DNA of 63,127 nucleotides, the filler included, from Squatina squatina (Eukaryota), in the NCBI GenBank assembly GCA_031763465.1. It is 3 parts of 3 records of this genome, joined end to end, with 100 filler letters (N's around TTAATTAATTAA, not from the genome) between each part and the next. Parts side by side here need not be neighbours in the genome. Positions count along the whole stretch, not along the records: positions 1 to 28,896 come from JARFOE010000222.1; 2 more parts are not named here. One strand, written 5' to 3'. The first letter of the stretch is position 1. Every line of letters starts with the position of its first letter. The notes below the pieces were generated by a model. The model did no database searches. It had not been told where the DNA came from and saw only the letters and a program-made list of their open reading frames with translations. Made by a program: the position numbers and the translations under genes. Shown here piece after piece: positions 11,269 to 24,640 of the stretch.

Positions 11269-12051
11269 AAGAATTTGTTTTGTTGTTTTGAGTCAACCCT
11301 TATAGTGTGTTTCAAACAGAAAGTGTTATAAAAATTCAGTTTTTAAAATGTTTAATTTCAATATGAATCCAAAAGTGTGAATTTAAGAAGATTTAGAAAA
11401 GGCAAAAGACTTCTTAATAATCTTCAAGTTTTAACCCCAGCAATTAAGATTCTTCAATTAAACATCAAGCCCTGTAGCTGCTTACAGATTGCCATCTAGC
11501 CAAAGGGAAAGATTGCTGCATCAAAACAGTTGCTAGAGGGCATTAACTTTTCAAAGTCATTCAGGACAGTGGTGTCCTCAATAAAGGCCTGTCTTTCCTC
11601 ATTTGTTATGCTCCTGAATAAATTAACATGTTAATCAATGTCAGAATGGTAATTCGCTGATGACACTTCATTGATAAAACAAACACTATTTAATTTTTTA
11701 GTGCACTGGGACAACATGGAGTTCAGCAAAATAATTAAAACCAAATATCCCACAAATAAATTCATTGATTTGCATTCCTAGTTTCCATAAAGCACATCTG
11801 GCACTCAATTATAAACAATGTTATAAGGGGGAAGGAAAAGAAGTTTCAATTAAGTCAATATTTATTTTGTTTTAATATTGGGCTTGCACTACATGCATTT
11901 CAATGAATATTGACAATCTCATTTCATTCTAAGTCAATAGATAAGAGATGCTTATAAATCGACAGGATCCAATGGGGGAAACATTCCTCTATGCAAAAAT
12001 AGGCATGAGTAAACAGTAGAGGAATGTCAGGAGAAAGTACCAGCAGACAAA

Positions 12052-12330
12052 GGGGCCAAAATTGCCCCTTTTTATAGCCCCGTTAGTGCCTCCATAATTT
12101 AAGTGATTTTTGCCCGGGGTGGGGCATTATCGCCTCCTAGGAAATTTCCCAGGAGGTTCGTGCTGCGTCCCACGATTACTGCCCTGGGTCGGAGTGCAAC
12201 CGGCAATGACGTCTTCGCCATCTGTGCCAACCCCTCACCGTCCCGCTAAATTGCCCCGTGGGATGTGAGACTGGAGGCTGGCAATGGCACCGACAGCTTC
12301 ACGGTACGCAAAGCTGCCAACCATCTCTTA
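12052..12330. mobile_element. GC-rich Harbinger-like MITE end
   Basis: Starts ggggccaaaattgcccct; CpG-rich; similar to 55758-56463, 44400-44620 and 58460-58573. Confidence 0.55.
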
Positions 12331-12454
12331 AAGAACATAAGAAGAACATAAGAAAAGGAACAGGAGAAGGCCATTCAGCCCCTCGAGCCTGCTCCGCCAT
12401 TCAACAAGATCATGGCTGATCTTCTACCTCAACACCATTTTCCTGCACTATCCC
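12331..12454 (-). mobile_element. CR1 LINE 3' end
   Basis: Reverse-complement (TTCTTATG)n tail followed by ggccattcagcccctcgagcctgctccgccattc; inverted copy of 12961-13082. Confidence 0.85.
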
Positions 12455-12554
12455 NNNNNNNNNNNNNNNNNNNNNNNNNNNNNNNNNNNNNNNNNNNNNN
12501 NNNNNNNNNNNNNNNNNNNNNNNNNNNNNNNNNNNNNNNNNNNNNNNNNNNNNN

Positions 12555-13082
12555 AAGGGATATGGGGAGAAAGCAGGAACAGGGTACTGAATTTGGATGA
12601 TCAGCCATGATCATATTGAATGGCGGAGCAGACCTAAAGGGCCGAATGGCCTACTGCTGCTCTTATTTTCTATGTTTCTAATGAGAGGTGATCTCATTGA
12701 AACATACAAAATTCTTACAGGGCTCGACAGGGTACATGCAGGGAGGATGTTCCTCCTGGCTGGGGAGTCTAGAACCAGGGGTCACAGTCTCAGAATAAGG
12801 GGTAGGCCATTTAGGACAGAGATGAGGAGAAATTTTTTCACTCAAAGGGTAGTGAATCTTTGGAATTCTCTACCCCAAAGGGTTGTGGAGACTCAGTCAT
12901 TGAGCATCTTCAACACAGAGATTGATAGATTTCTAGATATTAAAGGCATCACGGAATATGGGGATAGTGCAGGAAAATGGTGTTGAGGTGGAAGATCAGC
13001 CATGTTCTTGTTGAATGGCAGAGCAAGCTCGAGGGACCAAATGGCCTACACGTGCTCCTAGTTCTTATGTTCTTATGTTCTT
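12555..13082 (+). mobile_element. Two tandem CR1 LINE 3' ends
   Basis: First tail (tttctatgtttcta) at ~12668-12680, then ORF2 C-terminus RGDLIETYKILTGLDRV…RTRGHSLRIRGRPFRTEMRRNFFTQRVVNLWNSLPQ and a (TTCTTATG)n tail. Confidence 0.92.
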
Positions 13083-13329
13083 CTCTCAGCAAGCGCACAC
13101 AGAAATGAACTTACAACTCAATATGGTCAAAGCAATGTTTACTTAGTACAGAAACAATTTTCAATTGGTGCCAACAAACACATTCACTCTGTAAGCTCCT
13201 CCTGGCATCTTGATGGCACAGAAATCCTCTGAACTATCACAGTCTCCAGGATGTCCTGCAATTAGTGAGTTGCAGATGCGGTTATGGGTCTTCTCTCACT
13301 TATCCACCACCTTAACCAGGTGTATGGAG

Positions 13330-13570
13330 GCAGCATTCAAAGGTTCTGATGCCTTTTTGAACAATATTCACCAGAGAGAGATGGTAGTCATGTGCTGCAT
13401 GCTGCACAACCCAGCTGTTGAAAGAGGCATATGTGAGTTTCTGGAAGGTGAGCAGTTTTACGATGAGGAGGAAGTGGTGGATGATGCTGAGGAGCGAGCA
13501 GAATCTCAACAGCTATTGCTAGAAGCAGTACACCTTCACCAGGCTCTGACTGAGCAGCTGTTTCCCTGGG
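13330..13570 (+). pseudogene. Harbinger (HARBI1-like) transposase C-terminal remnant
   Basis: caaaggttctgatgcctt ~ QRF(R)CL, caatattcaccagagaga = QYSPER, then VVMCCMLHN and an acidic tail (DEEEVVDD). Confidence 0.7.
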
Positions 13571-15604
13571 CTTTGACAGTATTTCTAACAGTTCAACGAG
13601 CTAATTAATGTCAACGCTTAGTGATTTCTTTTTGTAGAATTGTGTAATTTTTCAGTTCTGTTACATTATAAATGTGATTTTTAGCTTTGTACACTGAAAT
13701 GAGTGACAAAAGAAAATGATAGCCAAAAACAATGTGAAGAAAATACTGGAGCAATTTAATTGATTCATTTTGCAGTGGTTGTTGCACACTGAATATTTGA
13801 GTACTATTACTAAATCTACACTTATGTAGAGAAATCTTAAAGGATCATTTTCTGGTGCTTGCTCATTGCTGATTGCAAGCTTTCTTATCTGTCTAAAGAA
13901 TGGAACAGTTTTTCAATTGCTTTTTATTAGTCAATGGTATATTTGCATCAATCACTATGGTTAATTTAAAATGTAATGGCCATTTGAGTCAATCACAATT
14001 TATTACCCTGCAGGTATGTGACACTTTTGAGGTGTAACACTTTAGAGATGTGGCCACACTTTCAGGTACGACACCATTGAGAGATGTAACAATATGGATG
14101 CATGCAAGACACAAGTGCTCTAAATTTCCACGGGGTTTTCCCAAATACTTGCCAAAACTTTGGTAGGAGTTGGCCAAATCCCCAGCAAAATAGTGTAAAG
14201 GGCCATTTTTAGCTGTTTGCACCGTTTCTCTATGCGTTCCAGCAATCTTCTGTTGGAAAAGCCCCACAGAAATTCCAGGAGAAGATTTTTACTTATGTAT
14301 AAATTGGAAAAAATACGTAACAGTAATATGAAGTACAAGTCTTTTAAAGTGCATACAATTTTAGTGGTCCAGAACATAAGCAGTCCTCCGTGGTGCTCAC
14401 ATGTTTTATAAGTTTCACTGTCAGGCAAGATAATTAAGTGAAAAAGCATACATTCACCATTGTAATTGAAAGAGAAAAGCATTTGGACCCTCCAGAATGT
14501 AACTGCAGGTATGGCATGAGGCACTGTATGTAGTGATTCCCAGTTCATTGGTAATGATCTGGGGACCAACAATATCAGGAAAAGTATAATCAATAATACA
14601 GAGATAGCAGGGAGGAAAATGACAAGAAGTGCACAGCTTGAAGTGCTCTAAGTTAGTGAAGTTGAGGAAGACAAGCAGGGCTGAGAAAGATGTCCAAAGA
14701 GTGGTACAGGAACACAACTGAGGAAAGTCACAAGAAGACTTATTAAATCAGAATTCAGAAACCAACTCCTGAGGATAAACACACCACTGGAACCTGAAGC
14801 TGTTTGATGCAATGAGTAGAAATTCAGAAAAACTATGAGTAAGGAAAATAAGCAAAAGGAAAGTTAGGGCCAGTAAATTACTCTTGAATATTATAGGATG
14901 TGATAGAATTGATGCCATGTTCCATGGCTTTAGAAAAATGGTATTAAATTCTGAAAAAGAGACAATCGACGCTATCAAGGTATAAACAGTATTTCATCTT
15001 GGCCTTCCTTTTAATTAAATGAAAGTGTAAACTTCGGCCTTTTGGAACACTAACTGATGGGTTGAGTCTCCGCCACGCTGCTCACATATCGAGGCAGCTC
15101 TTGACATTGTGCAGTAGGACATTTCACATGGAAAGAGGACAGAAGCATCATTTACCAATTCAATTTTTAAAGTGCAGATTCAGGATTTTAAACTTTTTGG
15201 CATTTGTTATGAAAGAGTCACATCTGTCGTCAGGTCATGGTTTTGTTCTAGGCTTCATGAGAGCTCCACTGATGCCACACGCCATTAAGCTTATCTATTT
15301 CACTTATATAATGATTACTAACATATAAAAAAACATTGCCCTTTATTGCCCATTTGGATCTTTGTGTGTTGCAATGCACTAATTTCCTTTGTGGTTCTGG
15401 TTGGTAGCAAGAGAATTTCTAACAAATTCGAGACTTCACTGATTGCAGATCTGAGCCACACCATCTTGCCAGAATTAAACTCTTAACTTCAATCACTGCA
15501 AAACCCCAGTGAATAATTGATTAAGTAATCAATGTTCTAGGAAGTGGAAAATGAGAGAAAATCCCTCAACTTGGTGAGCTGGAATGGTTAACCTTCTATT
15601 TATA

Positions 15605-15815
15605 AATAGGAGCAAAGGTACAGGAACTGGCTATGCAGCCCCTCAATCCTGTCCCACAGTTCAATGAGATCATGGCTGATCTGCATCATAACTCCATCCG
15701 CCTGCCTTAGCTCCATATCCCTTAACGTCCTTGGATAGCAAAATTCTAGCATTCTCAGAATTAAAATTATTAATTAAGTGAGCATCTACTGCTTTTTGTG
15801 GGAGAGATTTTCCTA
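15605..15815 (-). mobile_element. Decayed CR1 3' end
   Basis: aaataggagcaaagg…gatcatggctgatctg…catatcccttaac matches the other CR1 tails. Confidence 0.7.
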
Positions 15816-16289
15816 ATGCTACCTTTTTTGTTTGTAGCTATGCCCTGTAATTTGCAATCAGCGGTGAAGCACAGATGCCTGCAGCTTGCTACAAAGAAAG
15901 CTCCCCAGAAAGAACTCACGAGAAGTTTGGCATCTTTGGATTGCAGTTGAGATCAGTGAGAATTAATGGGAATTTCGTAGCACGACCTGCTGTGACTTCA
16001 AAAAAGCCTGAGCAGCCAATCATAAAGCAGAATGCTCACAGACAGGAATCCAAGAAATAAAGAAGCTGCTTCAGTTTTTACTTTTAAAATTGTTACCAAG
16101 AGCAAAACGACGATTGGTGCTCTCACATGTGGAACAGGTAAAGCAGAAATAAGTATGAATAAACATTTGAAAAATATGTTTTTCTGAGTTTCCTAAAATT
16201 ATAATGTGCATAATTTTGAAGAAATTTGAACATGCACAAAATTAAAATGAGCTTTGAAGGGACATAACACTTGTTTAACTGTCAATAAG

Positions 16290-16604
16290 CAGGTGAGCAA
16301 GGAGATGTCGGGTGAATGGGCAGCGAAAGCTGAATGGCTGTTCTCCACCTCAGTGGTCAAAAAGCCCATGAGCTCTTTGCACTTGACGTTGCACGTGAGG
16401 TCGGAGGGAGAAGGGGATATCAGTTTAAGGAAACAAGTTGTAGCAGACATAAGCAGTGAAGCTTTACCATTGCTCCCCAGAATGATCCCAGATTAATGGG
16501 CTGTTTTCTCATAGAAAAGGGAAGCTTAATGTGGTCCAGCCAGATATGGTGATGGATAATTCCACCAGTTCTGCGACAGGAACACGTATGTTTGCATCCC
16601 TGAT
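16290..16604 (-). mobile_element. L2-type LINE ORF2 internal fragment
   Basis: Minus-strand remnants IHHHIWLDHIK and TTCFLKLISPSPSDLTCNVKCKELMGFL resemble the region upstream of RT in shark L2 elements. Confidence 0.65.
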
Positions 16605-17573
16605 NNNNNNNNNNNNNNNNNNNNNNNNNNNNNNNNNNNNNNNNNNNNNNNNNNNNNNNNNNNNNNNNNNNNNNNNNNNNNNNNNNNNNNNNNNNNNNNN
16701 NNNNTTTGAATAAAGATGATGCACGTGAAAAATTTGGCGAAGAACAAGTACATATTTGGAGACGCTCTTATGATGTTGCGCCACCTAAGCAAGGTGAAGA
16801 ACAAAGAAAAGATGGGTTACTTAGATTGGACAGGAGATGAAGGAACAATGGAATAATACAATACACATCACCTTTCATGTGCATCCTAATAGCTGAGAGC
16901 TCCATTCTTTCTGACGTATCTCCTTTGTAATCCTTAGCTTCAGAAAGAATTGACAAGCACCAGCAATGACAGCACAGGACTGCCAGAACAATGTTTAACA
17001 GCATCCTATTAGATCAATGTGAAAGGCAAAATCATTTTGCCACTAATTGAAATAGAGTTTAGGCAATACACTGTAAGAATAGAACTCAGTGCTTCAGGCA
17101 CCACCATCTAATTTCGAGTCAATGTCAGCTGAGTGTGCTGCAGTGTAGATAAAAAGTCATTTGGTAAAATGCTAGCTGTCATTTTTTCAGTGTAATTGCA
17201 TCACAGTGTTGCAATTACATGATATTCAGTTATTGCCCTTTCCCAATGGAAGAGAATATAAGAAATCTTGTTTTGAGCTTCATTTTTGATGTGTGCGCGA
17301 ATATTTATTCCATTTGGGCACAGGAGTTAAAGCATTACTGGGATGATCACAAACAGGTTGAACATTTAACTGAACAGTTTGCTGATTGTATGAGAATAAT
17401 CATTCAGTCCGATGACTTCAGAAGCAGAGAGCCCATCAGACGTGATACTGTTATAATGCTGCAAAGAGCTTCTGTTCTCTTCGGAGCAGGGAAGGACACT
17501 GGATCTCTGATTTCCTAGTTTCACATCACATTGATAGCAACTGAAGGACACGGGAAGAATTATTGGATTAATT

Positions 17574-18177
17574 GGGCACCCAATTCGTAGTTTTATTTAG
17601 GCGTTAAAATGGCGTAAAATGGGCGCAAAGTGCTTAACGCCAACTTATAGCGTTAAGCATTTTGGTGCAAAATTCATCCCCTGTCAATGCCAGAGCTCAA
17701 CGGGCATTAACAGGTTTTGGCCACAATCGTGAGTTTTGGCGCTAGAGAGTCCTGATGACATCATCAGTGGGCACAATGCCCAAATAAGACTAACACCCTA
17801 GAATTGGACAAGACTATAAGGTCTTAACTTTAGTGCTGTTAACGCCCCGTTTTTTCGGCGTTGACACACATATACTCTGAACTTTTAGCGTTATAGAAAG
17901 CTCTGGAACTGGGCTTCATTGTAACTTTGTCTCCCGGCCCCATTTCACTCAAATCATGTGACTTTTCACTTGAAAGCCTCACTCTGAATCACTGCTGGCT
18001 TCTCTTTGGTTTCATCTGAGCTTTCACTATCTTAAAGATTTCTGCCCCAGGTGCCATGGGTGATGCACTCACGGTCGAATAGATACTCATACAACATCAC
18101 GTGCAGAACCAGATGAACAGAGGAGAACTTCAAGACAGGCAGATAGATATGGGGGCAGAGGTAAATGAGGCCAGGGC
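17574..18177 (+). mobile_element. Harbinger-like element left end, possibly with the transposase start
   Basis: Terminus gggcacccaatt; subterminal ttagcg/taacgcc motifs; gccATGg-initiated Arg/Gln-rich stretch at ~18055 before the gap. Confidence 0.45.
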
Positions 18178-21100
18178 NNNNNNNNNNNNNNNNNNNNNNN
18201 NNNNNNNNNNNNNNNNNNNNNNNNNNNNNNNNNNNNNNNNNNNNNNNNNNNNNNNNNNNNNNNNNNNNNNNNNNNNNCAGCACTGCAGTAGGTTGAAGCG
18301 TATGTATTTCCATATAATGTCAGCATGTATGGACGTGTTAGCACAGGCACTAGCCCTCGTGAGAAGAGCACCTCGGCTGGTACTGTGCCAACTTTTCACA
18401 TATGACTGCTGGAGACAACATTACTTCATAAATACAACGTTCACATGTATTAACAGACTTTTGAAAAGCAGCGATATTCTGTTCTCATAATAGGTCAGCA
18501 CAGACAAGAATTTACACTCGAGAGACAGCAAAGTGAAAGGAAACCCGTGGTATTAGGTGGCGTCCTTTAACTCTGAATTTAGGAAAAAGGCAACTCCCTG
18601 TGCGACTTAAGAGACTTATTTAGAAGTTAAACTGTGAGCTCCCGTGATGGCTCCGTTAATAAATACAATACTGTCACTGGAACTCAGCCTCACAAATCAG
18701 GAATGGTCCCAGCCTCGGTTCCTGCTTTGTGCTGAGTTGAAGTCAGAAATCTAACTGTGCAGTCACAGCACGGGGCATGTTAAATTTCTGCTTGTGACCT
18801 TTGAGGAACTGCATGTGCACAGCTCTTGCACATGTCGAGTTGTTGCTGGATCCAGCCAATAGTATAAGCCACAGGAACTGACTCATATTACATAATCGTG
18901 TATGGTATACATTAAAGTCACTTTTGTATTATTAATTAGGATCCAGAAGAGTACTGAGTGAATGGCCTCTGTGCATCAGTCTCCCTAAGTTATATTGTGA
19001 TGTAGCCAATTCTATCCTTTTTCCCATTTTTCTAACAGAAAAATTGCAATTGAATTTTTTTTCTTTCCTAATTGCACATGAGGTTGGTCAGCCTCTGAAA
19101 TTACATTTGGATCATATGGAAATGGGATGGACAGACTGCGAGCATAGAGAGTGAGCCAGTTCTGTGCGCCTGTATGCCATGGAACTTATGGGACCAAAGC
19201 ATAGATCCCAGGACCCATGAAAACCTGAGTCTGCAATCCAATCAGAACTCCAGAGGTAGGCTCTTTTATATTTGAGTGCCATCAATAGTGGGAGAATCGC
19301 AAGTCTGCCATCACTAGCACTCACTCATGATAAAAGTGCCTGAAGGGCTGTAATCAAAGCAGTGCAGCAGGAAAGCAGCCAACTATCAGCATCAACACTG
19401 CAGGTTAAATGGTATTCTAACAAGACATGACCTCTTTAATCTGATAATAGATCAAATGTAGAGTAGAATCATTTAGTGGAATTCCAGCCTCTTATCTTGC
19501 ACTAATTTAAAAACCTTTTTGGTCTACTTACAACACAGGCCGCGTTCTATGTAACCAACAGACTTGCTACAGCGTTGAATCTTTCATATCTCCACTTCCA
19601 AAGAGCCTTACTTCATCGCGCTGAGCCTGTTTTTTTTGTCTCTGTCTGCAAGGTCTCAGAGAGGAGGTCATTACTTGTTTGGTTGTCACTTTGAAACATA
19701 CCTTTTGGTATCACTGCCAATTTGCCATCCTGGTATGACCATTAGCTTGAAAAGAGAAGTGACATCCCAAGGCGACTTAAAGTGTGACAACTCCCAAACA
19801 ATGTTTTAAATTTTCTCATCTTTACTCATCTCTTCTGAAGGAGTTGACTCCTCATGAGCGTACGATTCCACAAGTGGCATTTACCCTCCACAATCTTGTC
19901 CAAATGGCACTTAACCATGTGTGGCCTAGCTTTTTGATTGTAGTGGGNNNNNNNNNNNNNNNNNNNNNNNNNNNNNNNNNNNNNNNNNNNNNNNNNNNNN
20001 NNNNNNNNNNNNNNNNNNNNNNNNNNNNNNNNNNNNNNNNNNNNNNNATTATGTTGCTTTGTGGCCCTTTTTGATTTTTGCCCTAGATTTCTCTGCCTTC
20101 CACTTTTACTATTCTCCTTCCTACAGCGTGGGCGTTAACGGCCGAATTGGCTGCCTACGAGCCTTGCTATTCACCCACCCAGTGGGATGGATTTGGGATA
20201 TCAGCGCTGTTCTTATTTGGAATCACAGTGGAATCAAAATCAGTTTGAGAAAACAAATATCACTATAGAAAAGGCTAACATAGCTAATTTAAACTGAGAA
20301 TAACTGGACATTGAATACCACATTTACACTGGCCATTTGGCGTTGTTGATGGCAAATTCACAATGTAATTGCAACTGCATTACAGTCCTCAGTGCTGGGG
20401 AACACAATCAATTTAGATGGTTTTCATACATGCTTCTGACAACAGCGCTGTGACCCAAAGTGGAGTGGTAGCAGAGGCTGAGTGGAGGTAGCCAAAGGTC
20501 CTGTAGCTGAAGCAATTCTACTTGCTCCTGTGCAGGCACATAAAACAATTTGGGATTAAAGGAATCTATGGACTTTCTCTACCTTTAGTTTACCATTACT
20601 GGCACTGACCAAATAGTCAAAAATAATAACTGTAAAAGGTCATGGGTACATGCAGCTATTTTGAAACCTATCCATCTGCTATAGAAACTGCTTTGCAATC
20701 TAGATGGAATGGTTTCTACAGCAGTGGGACTTGGGATCCGGATCTCCAATACAAATGTGCCAAGAGAGACCATCCAGTAAACAACAGTAGATAAATGTAC
20801 TCGTTGGCACAGCATGTGTAGAAAGATGTGGCCATAAATTAACAACACGGTTGGGAATTTATATAAATGTCTGGGACTTCACTTGGGAGACAATTAATCT
20901 GGGACCTAATTGGCAGAAATATCAACAAATCTAATGCCTCTAACCTAAAAGGAGTAATGAAGGATCGATTGGAAGATAGCGCGGAGCATTGAATTAGGGA
21001 ATTATTAAGAATAGAGAATCAAAGGGATTAAAATAAAGCAAAAGGGACAGTTTATGACTTGGGCTAATGGGGGCAGTAAAATATTATTTCATTTGCTAAA

Positions 21101-21442
21101 AATAACAAAGCTTTTCTTGAGGTAAATCACATGACTTAATTATGTCATACATGGATGATCTTTCAATAAAGGCTCTTAATTCTCTTTTTCAAAAAGATTC
21201 CCAGATACCTTTGCGATCTGAACACTTCATGAAACACAGTTTACTGTGTAGTGCAGACATTCCTCTCCAATATAATATATTTCAGAGCATCTTGTAGCAC
21301 TTTAACTTGCAAAGCATCACTTTGGGTCATACTTTTCTCCTTTGTCAAAAAACAGGTTAAATACTATTTTATTGTTTTTTTTTTGTTCTAAAAATTTATT
21401 TTTGAAAGTGGATTGTAAGGTGCATAGAGATGCCTGCCAGAG

Positions 21443-21733
21443 GAGCCCCCGTTGACGAGTCCAAATAAAGGCCTCGTTGACGGGGGCTTGTTTATTTCCA
21501 TTTTGATTCAAAGTATTCTTAAGTGGCTTCTTACCCAAGGGTCAGGCCGCCCTGTCCGCCCCGGGGTAGCGCGAGTCCGAGTAGAGGCCGCCTCGTTACA
21601 TGTAGTCGAGCCGGCCGGCCGCCCCGTCCGTCCCCCGGTAGCGAGTCCGAGTAGAGGCCTCGTTGTACGGGGGCTTTTTATTTGCGTTTTATTTTAAAGT
21701 ATTGTGTTGTGTATTTTGTGCATTCTTACAGGT
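21443..21733 (+). repeat. CpG-rich triplicated hairpin module
   Basis: Three copies of CCCC..G..CGAGTCC-N7-GGC(C)..CTCGTT at 21443-21489, ~21558-21597 and 21632-21673; two are followed by GGGGGCTT(G/T)TT(T)ATTT. Confidence 0.8.
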
Positions 21734-21934
21734 NNNNNNNNNNNNNNNNNNNNNNNNNNNNNNNNNNNNNNNNNNNNNNNNNNNNNNNNNNNNNNNNNNN
21801 NNNNNNNNNNNNNNNNNNNNNNNNNNNNNNNNNAGTGCTTGTGTCAGCAGAACGATCCCCTTTAAGGGCTGAGGTGGGCTGAGACCTGATAGCAGCTCCT
21901 TACATCGGACAAAGAATTGGGCAGCTGAAAAAAC

Positions 21935-22110
21935 CTAAGAGTCAATAGTCCCATTAGCGCCGGTTTTGAACATAGAAAATTTCTTGGCATCACAAAACAA
22001 AACCTAAGAGGCCAATTCTGTGTCTTAAGATAATTGTCCAAACAGGCGCTAAATTTACATCTATTGGTCCCATATAGCCACAGACTATAAAAAGGCCAAT
22101 TGGGTGCACT
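21935..22110 (-). mobile_element. Harbinger-type terminal sequence, copy 1
   Basis: Inverted near-copy of 24641-24817; terminus ccaattgggtgcac. Confidence 0.7.
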
Positions 22111-23159
22111 TTATGTCTTATGGTATACATTCTTCTTCCCCTTTAGAACAATACATCAATGCCACACCATGAAAAGCAGCAGAATGACATTACAAATTGT
22201 ACTGTTCTTCACATAATCAAAATTCAACAGTGAACCATGTTGTATAGTCAGTTCATGGTTAAATTCTGTAATTAACTGTTGTTAAGAAAGATGCAATTTG
22301 TGAGAGATAGATCATTCTTCTCAGGGTCCTGGTTTAACAGCAGTCTCTGAAAGATAAATTGATCAGTAATTATACAAACAAGAGCAAGTCAAAATCTGCT
22401 TCACAACACCCAGCAGTTAAGTCCCATGCTGCTTGTAGGTTTGACAGAATCACAAGTGGATCCTGGGTTAATGGGGAATTCAACCTTTAGAGAGAATAGA
22501 CTCCACACAAAAGACTGCCTACTCTATCCTGGACTTCTGAAAGCTAGGAAGAGAAGTTACCTTTATGTGAAGAAAGGCATTTGATACAAAGTATCACAAT
22601 GTCACAGTGTGAAAAATGTGCACGTAACCTCAGTAGCACACAGCATAACTTTGTAAATAGCCCTCAAGGCAGGGGAAGGGATTGAGGGCACACGCAAGAC
22701 ATGAACCTTTGGTCCATCTTAACAGCTCGTAGCTATCTGTACACCATTACAGGTGTTGCAAATTGTGACAAGGATGAAGCAAATAGAATGTANNNNNNNN
22801 NNNNNNNNNNNNNNNNNNNNNNNNNNNNNNNNNNNNNNNNNNNNNNNNNNNNNNNNNNNNNNNNNNNNNNNNNNNNNNNNNNNNNNCTTGAAGCGCTCAA
22901 GGCGGGGAGATCTCATTTGTCTCTGTACAGCTGCACCTGCAGACTTATAATGATATAGACAACATAGCAGGTAATTTGCTTCTCCAGAGGAGCTGCTTAA
23001 CAGATTCACAAAAAAATATGAAAGACATTAATCTTTCTGATTGGAAGCTCCGTATCTTATTAATGTAAGTCAGAACACAAAAAGATTTCATTTTCAAATG
23101 AAGAAGTCTTATCTAAACAGCCAGACTTGTGTCAGTTGCACCAGGAAAACATTTTACCC

Positions 23160-23495
23160 AGCAAAACGGGAAATCGGAACGTACTCGAAAACAGGCGCAT
23201 GTGGGGTGTGGCGCAGACTACCCGTGCCATTTAGTGCCAATGGAGGCAGCACACAATATCTAGGCTGCTTGCTGAATAGAATGACTCATCCGTGCAGTCA
23301 GCACTGCCCGTACTATTCATTGGTTGCACGCCCATTGGGCAATATTGGGAGCCCAGGACGCTACTGAAGTCAGCAAATTGGAGGTGCAGTCTAGCTACAA
23401 GAACTGTACTACAATGGCTGAAGGCGGGAGTGAGCAGGCATCAAGGTTCTCTGATGCTGCTCTGGAGGCCTGGGTGCCAGTGTTAGAGAGGGGGA
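23160..23495 (+). mobile_element. Harbinger end with the start of a Myb/SANT-like ORF
   Basis: ATG at 23414: MAEGGSEQASRFSDAALEAWVPVLERG, resembling the R-F-S-x-x-x-L-E-x-L start of Myb/SANT-like (NAIF1/MSANTD-type) domains; cut by a gap. Confidence 0.65.
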
Positions 23496-24640
23496 NNNNN
23501 NNNNNNNNNNNNNNNNNNNNNNNNNNNNNNNNNNNNNNNNNNNNNNNNNNNNNNNNNNNNNNNNNNNNNNNNNNNNNNNNNNNNNNNNNNNNNNNCTTTT
23601 GGAAAATTTCTTTTTCACAGTATCCAGAATGTTTGTTGGTACTGCAATTAGATTTTGCATTTGTCCTTGTACATTATAAAATGTGACTTTGGTGGATTGA
23701 TATAAGCAACAGACATAATTTTGATATTTAACTATGGATTGTCAAACTTATCATTTGTGAAATGAAGCATTAGACTTGAAAGGCACTCACCAAATTGCAT
23801 TGAAAGCAATATTACTTTTTCAAGTAAATCTTTCAATTGTCAAACTACTGAGATCCCACCAGAGCTATAATGCATCTGTGAAATGTTAGTTCATTAGAAT
23901 GTAAAATCCTTCAAGCAAGCACTACTCTCAAAAGTGGCATCCATGCTATCGTGCAGAAATAATTAAGAGCGATAATTATGTGAGTTGTGCATTTATTTAA
24001 TTAGCTACAGGAAGTAATATCCTGCCATTTCACACAGATGCCTTCATCTGAATTGCTAAAATAATTAATTACCTAAATGAAAACTAAGACCAGGAAGAAT
24101 TAAATCAGCATATGACACATTCTTATCAAGCTGCAGCTGTAAGGTTTTTTGAGAGAAGTTAATTGAAGCATTATTGCAATGATTGGCATTCTGCTAAAGG
24201 TTTGTGTATCGATTTTAACTTCTGTATCAGAACTATTGCACTGCAGAATGGCTTTGAAGCTTGTGTAACACATAAAGGTCGGCACATTGTTCTATTGTGT
24301 GTGGGTGGAGAATTACTTTTCCTGCTCTTTTTCACTGGGAAGGAAAGATACATTGGCTGACTGCATACTGTCCAGATAAAATGGCCTAGAAATGTGTTGG
24401 CACTGCGCCCATTTTACAGGCATGCCCCTCATATTGGTATCTACAGGCATCCAGGGCCCATGCCTGAAACAGGTGCTTGGCCCTACGCACATGCAAATAG
24501 GAGGCTTAAAGGCTGTTTAAGAACCCCTTCCTGAAATTGGGCTTCCCTGATTGACCTACTGCTTTCAGCATAACAAAGTCTACATGTGGCCTAACTAGTG
24601 GGCCTTAAAGGGACCGGTGGAGGCTGTCACCAAAAGGTTA

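Noticed and set aside
13989-14593. Overlapping ORFs of 92-157 aa (also 41646-41906 and 54440-55042) as exons of a second gene such as IMMP2L or THAP5
   Set aside because: No recognisable domain or orthologous peptide and no convincing splice pattern. A small unrecognised exon cannot be fully excluded without a search.
21452-21480. TGACGAGTCCAAATAAAGG resembling a Schistosoma-type hammerhead
   Set aside because: It lacks the initial C of CUGANGA and the GAAA box; kept only as a hairpin finding.
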